This document shows positions 39,504 to 48,959 of a DNA stretch of 64,000 nt, in pieces. The stretch comes from Selaginella moellendorffii (lineage: Eukaryota; Plantae; Lycopodiophyta). Position numbers and translations under genes: made by a program. The DNA lies in NCBI RefSeq assembly GCF_000143415.4, contig NW_003314360.1:166284-230283 (forward strand), written 5' to 3'. Each line of letters begins with the position of its first letter. Position 1 is the first letter of the stretch. The notes under the pieces were generated by a model, which worked only from the letters and a program-made list of their open reading frames with translations, ran no database searches and had not been told where the DNA came from.

Positions 39504-41720
39504 TTGTTGTGCATTTCTGAACAGGCGAGGAATTGCGTTCTTCTTCCAGCCACTGTCAATGTGGATGCAGAGAAGGGGGAGGAGCTCACCAGTTGGACTT
39601 TCGGGATGGAAGGCGAGGATCTGAGGCTGTACAACACAGATGGTGGGAGAAAAGAATGCATGGGGATCCTCATCCAAGTGACAGACACTCCATGTAGTTC
39701 CATGCAAGAATATGGACTGGCACTTGTGGTAGAGACAGCGTCCGCCTTCAAGATCCACCTTGCACATCCTAGCGGCTTCCCGAAGGGGGGCAGCGGCTAT
39801 GAAGAATTCCTAGAGGGAGCTAAGGAGAGGTTGTCCAGGAGGCCCACAATTTCAAAGACGCTGCGCGTCTATGAAGATCACATGGAATCCACGGACCTCA
39901 CCTACGGCGATGTTCAAAAACTATATTCCAACATTGAGCCGTTGAGAGTGCCTCTAGTTCGCGAAGCGAAGGGGAAGGGGGTCGATCTGGAAACTACCCC
40001 GAAGCAGAAAAGGGTGGTCAAGCTCAAGCCGACGTCCGACTCTCCTGCTCCAAAAAAGAAGCTACTCGGTGATGCCATTGCCTCGGGTTCGAACACTACA
40101 CCTACCAAAAAGAAGAGCCGCAAAGAGCAAAAAGAGCAAGAAGAGGCAGCAAAAATCGTCGCAGATAATAGTACTTGTTACTATTCCAACAAAGTATATA
40201 CAATCGACGTGAGCCGTATCGACATCCAAAGCAAATACAACCACAGGCTAGTATCTGATGAGTGGGTGGAGAAACTGAAGCAGAAGATGCTGGCAAGTCC
40301 AGTAACACCCGACATTGCAGACGTGATCCCCTACTACCGAACAATGAAGGGCGAGACGAGGTTTCCAGACTTGATCAATAGGAAGGTGTTGGACGATCAG
40401 AAAATCCGGTTCTATGCCGTCTCCGGGCAGCATTCTAGCTTGGCGATGCAAGAGATAGTTGTGGATATTATGGTGGGCGAGGAGGTGAAGAAAGTCTTCA
40501 AGACAAGAGTTGTCCGCCTGATAAAAGGCAACTCGCCCCTCCGATCTATCATATACATCTCCCACGCGCAGAATGTCAAGCAAGAAACGTGCTACAAATC
40601 GGGTCTGCACGAGACATTGGCACGAACACGGAAGCTCTGGGTTCAACTGAAGAAGCCACAAAAACCAGGACATATTGTGACATACGAGGACTTGTGCACG
40701 ACTCTGAGAGCTCGTGCGCTATTGAAGGATTGGATCTTCGAGCAAGTGGCCGTGGAGAGGGTGAGCATCGACACCACGCAAGAGATGATGGAAGAGCTGG
40801 AGTTGTCAAATGAAGACATCGACGAGTACATGAAGGGGGCCCCCAAGTTCATCGATGTGCTGCGGGATGCCACGAAAAGTAAAGCTGAGAAGTTGGATCA
40901 GTATCCAAATTTCATTAAGAGGGATGTCGACCGCCAGCTTCAGAAACAGCTCGACCCCGCAGCAGAGGCCTATCGAGAACCTTACCGGGTATACGTGAAT
41001 TCGGATGAGGATCAAAGGTGGAGGAACATCGTTTCCCGCGGAGATGAGCAAGTCAAGAACATCTTTTGTGTGATGGACTTCACAAACGAGGAGATCACTC
41101 ATGCAAACGAAGTCAGCTCCATCATTGACTTAATGGTGGGACTTGTGGAGGTGGAATCTTCAGTCCACTATATGATCTATGACTCCGAATCCTATCACAA
41201 GTTCTGGAAGGCCTTGAACGAGGTGAAGGCTCGGTTGAAAGGCAAGGAGATGCAGGAGATCCATGGGATAATGGCTAAGAAGAAGATACCGACGAATGTC
41301 CGCATCTTCACACTCGCCCTTGTTATTGGTCCTGCAGCAAAGTGGGACTGGAGTGACTTCCCAACTTTGTTCGACAAGGCCTATCGAATTGATCTGAGGG
41401 AGGTCAATTTACCCGTGCCTAAGGAACTGAAGACGGCTATGGAGCTTTCGAATCCAAAGAAAGCTCCAGGTGCAGCATGGGAAATGCTCAGCTGGGTCTT
41501 CAACGCAATAGCGGGTGGGTCACCTGCTTCCGATTCCAAGGGCAAATGCATTGTCGAGTACAACTGCGGCGGACTATTCTTTCGAGCCACACTACTCAAG
41601 GGTGTCCCGTGTGTTGCAGTGACAAACTCCATTGAAGAGGTGACTTCAATGGAGCATATAATTACAGTTGCCAAAGAAAAACAGTATCTTCTCTGCGAAC
41701 CTGGTGAGTACGCACTTTAA
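39504..41720 (+). CDS. Sola cargo: ParB/Srx-like domain protein with degenerate Rossmann methyltransferase-like C-terminal region (major exon)
   Basis: Uninterrupted 738-codon ORF. YTIDVSRIDI..NHRLVSDEWVEKLKQKM..FYAVSGQHSSLAM is a ParB-like GxH motif; basic NLS region. IFCVMDF followed by CIVEYNCGGLFFRATLLKGVPCVAV resembles a decayed motif IV then motif I. GT donor near 41704. Confidence 0.65.
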   Translation: MLCISEQARNCVLLPATVNVDAEKGEELTSWTFGMEGEDLRLYNTDGGRKECMGILIQVTDTPCSSMQEYGLALVVETASAFKIHLAHPSGFPKGGSGYEEFLEGAKERLSRRPTISKTLRVYEDHMESTDLTYGDVQKLYSNIEPLRVPLVREAKGKGVDLETTPKQKRVVKLKPTSDSPAPKKKLLGDAIASGSNTTPTKKKSRKEQKEQEEAAKIVADNSTCYYSNKVYTIDVSRIDIQSKYNHRLVSDEWVEKLKQKMLASPVTPDIADVIPYYRTMKGETRFPDLINRKVLDDQKIRFYAVSGQHSSLAMQEIVVDIMVGEEVKKVFKTRVVRLIKGNSPLRSIIYISHAQNVKQETCYKSGLHETLARTRKLWVQLKKPQKPGHIVTYEDLCTTLRARALLKDWIFEQVAVERVSIDTTQEMMEELELSNEDIDEYMKGAPKFIDVLRDATKSKAEKLDQYPNFIKRDVDRQLQKQLDPAAEAYREPYRVYVNSDEDQRWRNIVSRGDEQVKNIFCVMDFTNEEITHANEVSSIIDLMVGLVEVESSVHYMIYDSESYHKFWKALNEVKARLKGKEMQEIHGIMAKKKIPTNVRIFTLALVIGPAAKWDWSDFPTLFDKAYRIDLREVNLPVPKELKTAMELSNPKKAPGAAWEMLSWVFNAIAGGSPASDSKGKCIVEYNCGGLFFRATLLKGVPCVAVTNSIEEVTSMEHIITVAKEKQYLLCEPGEYAL

Positions 41721-41754
41721 GTTTAAATGTTATCTCACAAGCTCTATATGCAGG

Positions 41755-43610
41755 AGCGTGGCCACCCCCATATGCTGAAACGGCGTTAACAGCTACTGTT
41801 GAAGATACCCATGTTGGGCCGAGCTCACAACCTGCACAAGGTAAGGTCACGTGAGGCCTCACGCCATTTTGATTATAGATCGTTGTGAATATTCAGACAC
41901 AAGGACTGAAAAGCGCACTGGTGGCGTGTCGAAGAAGGACAAACAGACAAGCAATAGGAAAAAAGGAGGTACAAATTATATTTGCAATGGCGTGTGGTCT
42001 CATGCCATTCCTTGCAAAAGACACTTCTTCAAAGGCAAAACAGGCAAGCACCAGCCAAGCTCAAACTAACAGTGGTCATAAAAAGCGAAAGCACGTTGGA
42101 CAGTCGTCGGGATCAGAGGCGTTTGATTCGAAAAGGAAGAAGGGCAACGAAAAGATGATAGGTAATGCCTCGCGGTTATGGCGTGTGTGCTCATGCCATT
42201 CATTGCAGATCAAGGGCTGAGTGAAAGCAGCCAGTCACCACCTCCTGACTCAGATTCCTATGGCGGACTCCCCTTCCCCAATCTCAATGGAGAGGTACAA
42301 TGGATGAGGGATGCTTTTCAAGTCAGGGCCACGTTTTTCTCATCTTGTCGTCTTCGAAGGGTGCAAGAACGTGCAGAAACCATGTTAAGACAGTCGGGTG
42401 AGGATACGGTCCTAGGTCACGCACTAAAACAGGCTATGGATGTCTTGTATTTTGAGATGGAGACTCGGCTAGATGATTTTCCCAAGATGGTCCTGGAAGA
42501 ACAAGCCATCCAGCCTGAGCAGCCTATGGAAGAAATGCAGGAGGGGGATGAGGAGCCAGAGAAAGATAATGAGCAGGAAGAGCAGAAGGACGAAGAGGAG
42601 GACGAAGAAGAGGAGGACGAAGAGGACTTGGATGGTCCTCACAATGGTGACGATCACAATAACGACGACAACGATGATGACGACGATGGCCAGCCTGAGG
42701 TGGCCAAAGAGCAGCGGAGGAAAGTCATACAAGACAAACCATCAGGTAAATAATAGTACATCCATTCCTAACCTTTTACCATTTCTAACATTGTCCATGT
42801 AGGTCACAAAGCAAATGGTAAGTAGAGATTATTCAGTTGAATTAAGATACAAACTCTAGCCTTTAGTGTCGAGGAAGGATAGTGCCAAGCAAGGGTCGAA
42901 ATGTATGTCCAATCCTTCAGAATCAGCAGTGCGCCCAAGTGATATCGGTCCTAGTTCCTCAATAGCAGTTGATGGTAAATACAGTATAGTCGATTCAATG
43001 TGCTAATGAGTTTGTTTTTAGTAGCCAGTAGGGAGGATACCATCTCAATCGAAGGGAGATATTTGGACATGCATATGGATCCGCCAGTGGACTCTACTTG
43101 CCTGCAAGAGTCATCAGAGCTGGTGGAGGCTACTATCCATATCAATGCCAAGCAAGCTGACCACGCTCCACTTGATGCTGCCCATACCACTGAGTCAATC
43201 TTGTCCACGTATCCAACTGACGGTGACCAGGCGCCATTGGACCCGCATGAGGCCGCCCCAGCCGCCGAGCCGGTCGTATCCTCATTTCCAACGGACTCAA
43301 CGTGTGCCCAATCGTCTAACTACGCGCCGTTGGAACCTCCCTACACTGCCCCTACTGCCTGTTCGGTCATGTCCACTTTGCCAATGGAGGCACCAGCTGA
43401 AATGGCGTGTGATCACACGCCATGGGAACCACCCCATGCCACTGTTGAGCCAGTTGTACTAGAGTTTACAATTGAAATGGCATGTGCCCACACGCCATCG
43501 GATGCGATTGACCCCACATTGTAGAGGAGAGTATTTCCGCCCTTCATGTTTCCTCGACCAAAACCCTCTCAACGACCATCGGGAGCACCATTCGCTAATA
43601 TTGTAGATGG
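41755..43610 (+). CDS. Probable downstream exons of the Sola cargo gene (basic, acidic D/E-rich and P/A-rich linkers)
   Basis: Short GT-AG introns (e.g. 41841-41878, 42162-42208) link ORF pieces, including the acidic 42178-42753 and 43000-43524 segments. Confidence 0.5.
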
Positions 43611-43634
43611 TAAAATTGACTTGTACCATTTTTT

Positions 43635-44498
43635 ATGCTGACGCATTTCATTTCAGAGTCACGGCAAAGGTACTGTATCGTTTTTGATCTGAACGGTGTC
43701 CTTTTCTCCCATGAGCGTGGCTCGTCTTTGAATGTCACTGCACCCTCCAAAGCCTGCGGTCGCAAGTTGGTCAAAAGAGACAGATTCACATTAATCACAC
43801 GGGAGAAACTGCGGGATCTAATAATGACCATGCGACACTTAAAACAGAGGGCCGGGTTCAATTTGCAATTGGGAGTTTGGACATCTATGATGCGCCAGAA
43901 TGCATTAACGTTGCTACAGATGATGCACGATCAGACGCGAGTAATATTACCATTTGACTTTCTCCTAACGCAGGAGGATTGCTTGACTATGGTCCATGTG
44001 AGGGGTAGCAAGCCCATCTTCGTCAAGCCAGAGGCTGTAGTGATGAACCGGACTGCTAGGTCAAGTGAAATCCTCATCATCGATGACTCGCCGATTAAAA
44101 CTGCAGCGAACACGCACACATATGTAGTGCACCCCATCTCTTGCAGTATGGAAACTAGGGAGAAGAAACCGTATGTTCTGGGGGACCTTGCAAAACGGCT
44201 TGAAGCGATGGTGATAGAGAACCGGCCAGTCCAGGAGGTGGCTGCAGAAATCAACCAAATGGCAGATGGAACGGTATATCAGAAGCCATTTGATCGGACA
44301 GACACCAGTCATCATTTATGGCATGTATATTGTTTAGCCAAGCACTATCCGCATCTCCATAATCTGCTCAATTGGATGGGTTCTTCGACCACTGAACATG
44401 AGCGTGGACGTATTAGAGAAGAGATGGCATTACTATTGGGTTTAAATCCTGATAGTGTGGAGAGTGATGAAATTCCAAGATTATTGTATAGGCGTTAG
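43635..44498 (+). CDS. HAD-superfamily FCP1/SCP (NIF)-like phosphatase domain
   Basis: YCIVFDLNGVLF (motif I), LGVWTSMM (motif II), LLTQEDC, KPIFVK (motif III), ILIIDDSPIK (motif IV). Preceded by an AG acceptor near 43656, so it may be the last exon of the cargo gene. Confidence 0.8.
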   Translation: MLTHFISESRQRYCIVFDLNGVLFSHERGSSLNVTAPSKACGRKLVKRDRFTLITREKLRDLIMTMRHLKQRAGFNLQLGVWTSMMRQNALTLLQMMHDQTRVILPFDFLLTQEDCLTMVHVRGSKPIFVKPEAVVMNRTARSSEILIIDDSPIKTAANTHTYVVHPISCSMETREKKPYVLGDLAKRLEAMVIENRPVQEVAAEINQMADGTVYQKPFDRTDTSHHLWHVYCLAKHYPHLHNLLNWMGSSTTEHERGRIREEMALLLGLNPDSVESDEIPRLLYRR

Positions 44499-46617
44499 AG
44501 GCAAAAAATAACAGTCTGAGATGGCATGTATTTATTTAAAAATGTAACTTATTATGGCATGGGATTCCATGCCATTGTATTAATATTAAAAGACAATTCT
44601 TTGAGAGGATTTGCATTATACTAGAAGTGTTACAGCATGTTATTGGAAGTCTACAAAGTTGTTTTATGAATAAGGGGAAAGTAAAGATTGAATGGGGACT
44701 TGGGCTCCACCTAGACTCGGAGCAACTGAGCCAATATTAAAAGGATGGAAAGAAATTGGATGACGATGACAAGGAGAAGAGAGAGGTGAAGCAGTGGCAG
44801 GGGGAGGAGAAGTGATTGAGTAGACATTTCCTTGTTTAAAATAAAATGGCATGTGCCTCAATGCAGTTGAATTTTGTTATATTTATATATTATATAAAGG
44901 TTTGGAAACCTTATTTTACAAGTGGGATAATGACAATTCCCACTTTAACGAAATAGAGCTTCACAGTAGGATTGCCTTTTCTACTTATGGGCCTTCATAT
45001 GCCCATCACTAGCCTCACCAAAATCCCCTTTTTGGCTTTGTTCAATTTGGGTAGACGGACTTCTCCCGTCTTCACAACTTTGGACATTTGGATAACACTT
45101 TCTATCCATCATTCGCTAGGGACTTTGTCCCTTGGGCATTATCCATTGCCCTCATGACACCAAACGCCACCTTCTGGTGTTCTAGAGTGCTTGGGTGTCC
45201 CAAATGATGGCCTCTTTGGCAATGAGCATTCCCTTTACAACATTGACTTACTATCTCACAGCATAAACAATTTATCCTTCATAAGGGTATATCTAACTTT
45301 CTTATCCTAATAAGAAGTCTTAGGTAATTACCTTCTACCAGTTTAACCAATTATTTTGCACCCTTTGCTTAGTTGCCTCATAGTTATCAAGTCCTTCAAC
45401 TCATTGTTGGTGCTTCCACACCTCCATCATTATCTGGGTCACCATACTCTAACCGCATGCCTTCCAGATTAAGCTATGCCATTCCCATTTCTATTGGGAT
45501 TCCTTTGGAAGGGTTCTCATAAACCCACTAACTTGACCTCAAGGCAGCACACCTTGGCACTTTTGGTGTCTTCACACTATCGGCTCCACGAGCCTACCTT
45601 TATGACACTTCTTACTTGTGTCTAGGTCTTTTTACCAAGACTAATATGGTTGTCTCTTATGCCAATTATCCATTAGCACTGCACCATAGAGTTCACATAC
45701 AACTTTGTGTCAAAGTTGTTTACTTCCGGGAAACTTTTTCCCACGACTTTAGCATGGCACCTTCTGCCATCAATGAGATACACATTGTTCTCATGCTTGG
45801 ATCTCAAGATCCTCCCCATCCTTCATAGGGCAACACACACCTAAGTCCAAATGCTTCCATCAATCTCTTAGGATTATTTCTTGACTCTATTAGAGTCATC
45901 AGACTTTTTAGACTTTGCTAATCCGATGACCCATGAAGTCCTACTTTTGAGGTGCTAGCTCACTGGAATACAACTCTTTGTATTCATGTCCTACTCACAA
46001 GTACCATCTTTGCAGGTGTCATTCCGACACTTGATTTGTTCTCTAGGGGCAACCTTTTGCCCCTTAGGACTATCCATCCTTGTGATGAGAATACTAACTC
46101 ATCCTCCGAGCACACCTCCTTGGGTTTGTTCCAGCATTTATTAAAGGTAGCCCTAGCTACCATTTCAAAGACTTGTGTCCTCTTTCATATTTGACCTCCC
46201 ACGGTTATCAATTCTGGTCTCAAATTCATGAGCACCAACCTCAACCATATGAGGATAATCTTGTGACCCCTTTATTGTTTTGGAGTCTTTATCTTTCCCG
46301 TGATCCCAACTATAGTTGTTTACCACAACTACCTTAGCTAGTTTGCTAAGTCAAACGCTCATCCAGATCACATCCTCAACTCTCTGAGGGAAACCTTATA
46401 CTATTCCCAAAATCCCAAAGTTGTTCCCTTACTAGCCCTTTTCCATCCACCACATTGCGCACAAGTTCACGCATGAACTTGAGTGGAGAGCCATGTCCTC
46501 TCGACATGCTACTCCTCGAGGATAGGTCCACACCTAGGACCTTCCAATTCCAATACAAGTGGTGATATGCTTGGCCACCAATAAAAGTCAGACTAAGGAA
46601 CAGCTCCAATACCAAGT

Positions 46618-48117
46618 TGTAAGCGACTAATTTTTTCAATTCTACTTTAGCCACTTAACCGCATCTCTGACCACTTGGAGGGGTCTCATTCACAACCTCC
46701 ATAAGTCCTGTTCAGGACTAAGGGCTCGCTAGCCCCGAGAATGGCATCCATGCCACTCAACCTTTGCACTTGGTCCAAGTGCTCCAATCCCATGACCGAC
46801 ACCCAAGGTACCACTGACATACCAGCCCATTACGCTAGGCCATGCCCATTCACCTTGGTCACATCGGTGGTCCAACACACCACCTGCTTTACAATCCCGT
46901 CTCTCAAAAACTGGGCCATCCATCCATGAGTGGCTATCCTAGATCCACTCCATAGCATCCTTAGGATGCCTGCAGACATGGGGAATAGCCTTCCCAAATG
47001 TCTCCTTTCTGGTCCCCACCAAGTCCCTTCTTGTCCATGGCCGTGTTCACCAACACTACCACTGGATCAAGGCCCACAGGCCCGACCACTAAGTCCAACT
47101 GTCCTTTGGGACTTCCTCACTATGTGACTGTTTCTTTTGTCACCACACTAGAGGGCTACTCCTCTTCCTTTCCACAGTCTGGGACTTTGGGGCAACGTTT
47201 CGGAACACCGTGGCCCTACGCGGGCCTCGTGGGTACTCTCCTCGCCTTCTGCCTTTGGGTGCTCTAGCCATGGGCTTAGAGCGAGGTTCCGTTGAGCCAC
47301 ACTAGGTATCCAAGTAGGTAGTGCCACCCACACTTGGACTGGGAGCATCAGCCAGTCGATCTCCCGAGGGAACTAGAGCCGGCTTTTGAACACTTCACTA
47401 AGCTACCCCGCTTGTCGGTCCGTGTTCACTCTAGTCTTGGACTTCCCAGTGGGCAGCTTCTCGGACTCCATCTCGGATTCCATCTCGGGTCCATCTCGGA
47501 CTCAGTCACGGTCCATCTTGGACTCCATCTCGGACTCCACCTCGGGTCCATCTCGGACTCCATCTCGGACTCCACCTTGGGTCCATCTCGGACTCCATCT
47601 CAGACTCTGTCTCGGGTCCCTCTCAAACTCCATCTCGGACTCCGTCTCGGGTCCATCTCGGACTCCATCTCGGACTCTGTCTCGGGTCCCTCTCGGACTC
47701 CATCTCGGACTCCATCTCGGGTCCATCTCAGACTCCATCTCAGACTCCATCTTGGGTCCATCTCGAACTCCATCTCGGACTCCGTCTCAGTCCATCTCGG
47801 ACTCCATCTTGGGTCCATCTCGGACTCCATCTCAAGTCCATCTCGGACTCCATCTCGAACTCCATCTCGGACTCCATCTCGGGTCCATCTCAGACTCCGT
47901 CACGGTCCATCTCGTATCCCTTTTCTAGAGACTCACTTATCTTTCACTTCGTGCTTGTTCCTCGAGCACTTCATTGGGAGTTCCACTCTCACTCTCGACC
48001 TTTTCAAGTCGGAGCTTTTAGTCCAAACGTGTTACGCTCTTTTGGCTTTCACTTCGGCCACTACCATGTGGCGCCCTTTCGGCTCCACTTTGAGGCCTAG
48101 GGTTTTTGTGTCTCACA
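46618..48117 (-). mobile_element. 5' LTR of LARD-like family B
   Basis: TG...CA ends; adjacent minus-strand tRNA-iMet-type PBS; long (GGACTCCATCTC)n array. Confidence 0.9.
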
Positions 48118-48119
48118 AG

Positions 48120-48959
48120 GTTGAGGAACTTTCATCGACAACACGCCCACAGAGCCTTAGTGTGTTATTGGGGAAAGAGGATGAACTTATAGAAGAGCTA
48201 AGTGAATGAGAAAGCCAAAGAATAATATGCTATTATCATATGATGTCTTCATTGGCTTTTATAGTAGATTGTTGACATCTTTCATAGAAGATGACATGAA
48301 CATGGATATACGGCACTAGTTTGACCATTGGTGCCGAAAGATACAAAAGCCCTTGCTCCCAGTTACGTACTTCATTCTCTTTAACTTTCCAGACGTTCTT
48401 TTAAATATTGATGGGAAAGTTGAGGATTGGAACTTTCTCACACCTGACCATATATATAATGCATTCCTCTTGTTAGAAACACTTATGCTTAAAGTTAGTT
48501 ATGTCATCTTCATCCTACCGAACAACCCCAACTGGGTGTATGAGCTTATGATGTGTGTAGCAGAAGTTCATTTCAAATCTTTCTCTTCCGAATGCATCAT
48601 GGATCCTATTGGCATCGATATTAGGGGCGTCCAAAGGAAGCCTAAAAAAGGTGAGTACGTATTTTATATTTTAATTTAATTTATAAACTTTCTTATTTTC
48701 TAAGTTATAATATGGACCTATCATGCCTTTTATAGAAATGTGCATAAGGTTTTGTGATAGTGACCATGCAGCATGTGTATTGCCTAGGTATGATAGTTCC
48801 ACTGACATCATACCTAACCTTGTGAACGAGCAGATCCATAGCACATTTCTAGAGTACTGATTTTGAACTCTATTGGCGATGCAAGTCTTGCTTAGGCTCT
48901 ACTACCCACTAGATGGTGTTGTGATTGATTGCATAGCAAGTTGCAGTTCTATGGTGGAG
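48120..48959 (+). pseudogene. Degenerate copy of the MULE-cargo methyltransferase-like domain
   Basis: FILFNFPD, WNFLTPDHI, YDSSTDIIPN and AMQVLLRLYYPLDGVVIDCIASCSSMV align with 29900-30670. Confidence 0.7.

Larger units (their letters stand above)
31927..44961. mobile_element. Full-length Sola-like DDD DNA transposon (~13 kb) with cargo gene(s)
   Basis: TIRs A(T/A)GCTCTATTTCGTTAAAGTGGGA at both ends. Probable 4-bp TSD caca (31923-31926 and 44962-44965). The empty site atcccacaca-ytaggatt is seen near 20412 and (rc) near 60935. Confidence 0.88.
19586..46617 (-). mobile_element. Rearranged non-coding internal region of LARD-like family B, host of two DNA transposon insertions
   Basis: Segments 19586-22327, 31271-31926 and 44966-46617 match the reverse complement of 59290-62500. 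Internal duplications include 19700-21140 vs 31271-31926 plus 44966-45680, and 21160-21430 vs 21840-22105. PBS TGGTATTGGAGC at 46614-46603. Confidence 0.85.

Noticed and set aside
18168-48122. Single intact family B element from 18173 to 48117
   Set aside because: The flanks (agttg vs aggtt) do not form a TSD and the interior is duplicated and deleted, so it is likely a recombinant of two copies.
47334-48209. Long low-complexity ORFs in LTRs (also 10284-10699, 18950-19701, 52013-52327, 57881-58445)
   Set aside because: They arise from 6/12-bp tandem repeats, are open in several frames and show no domain signal.
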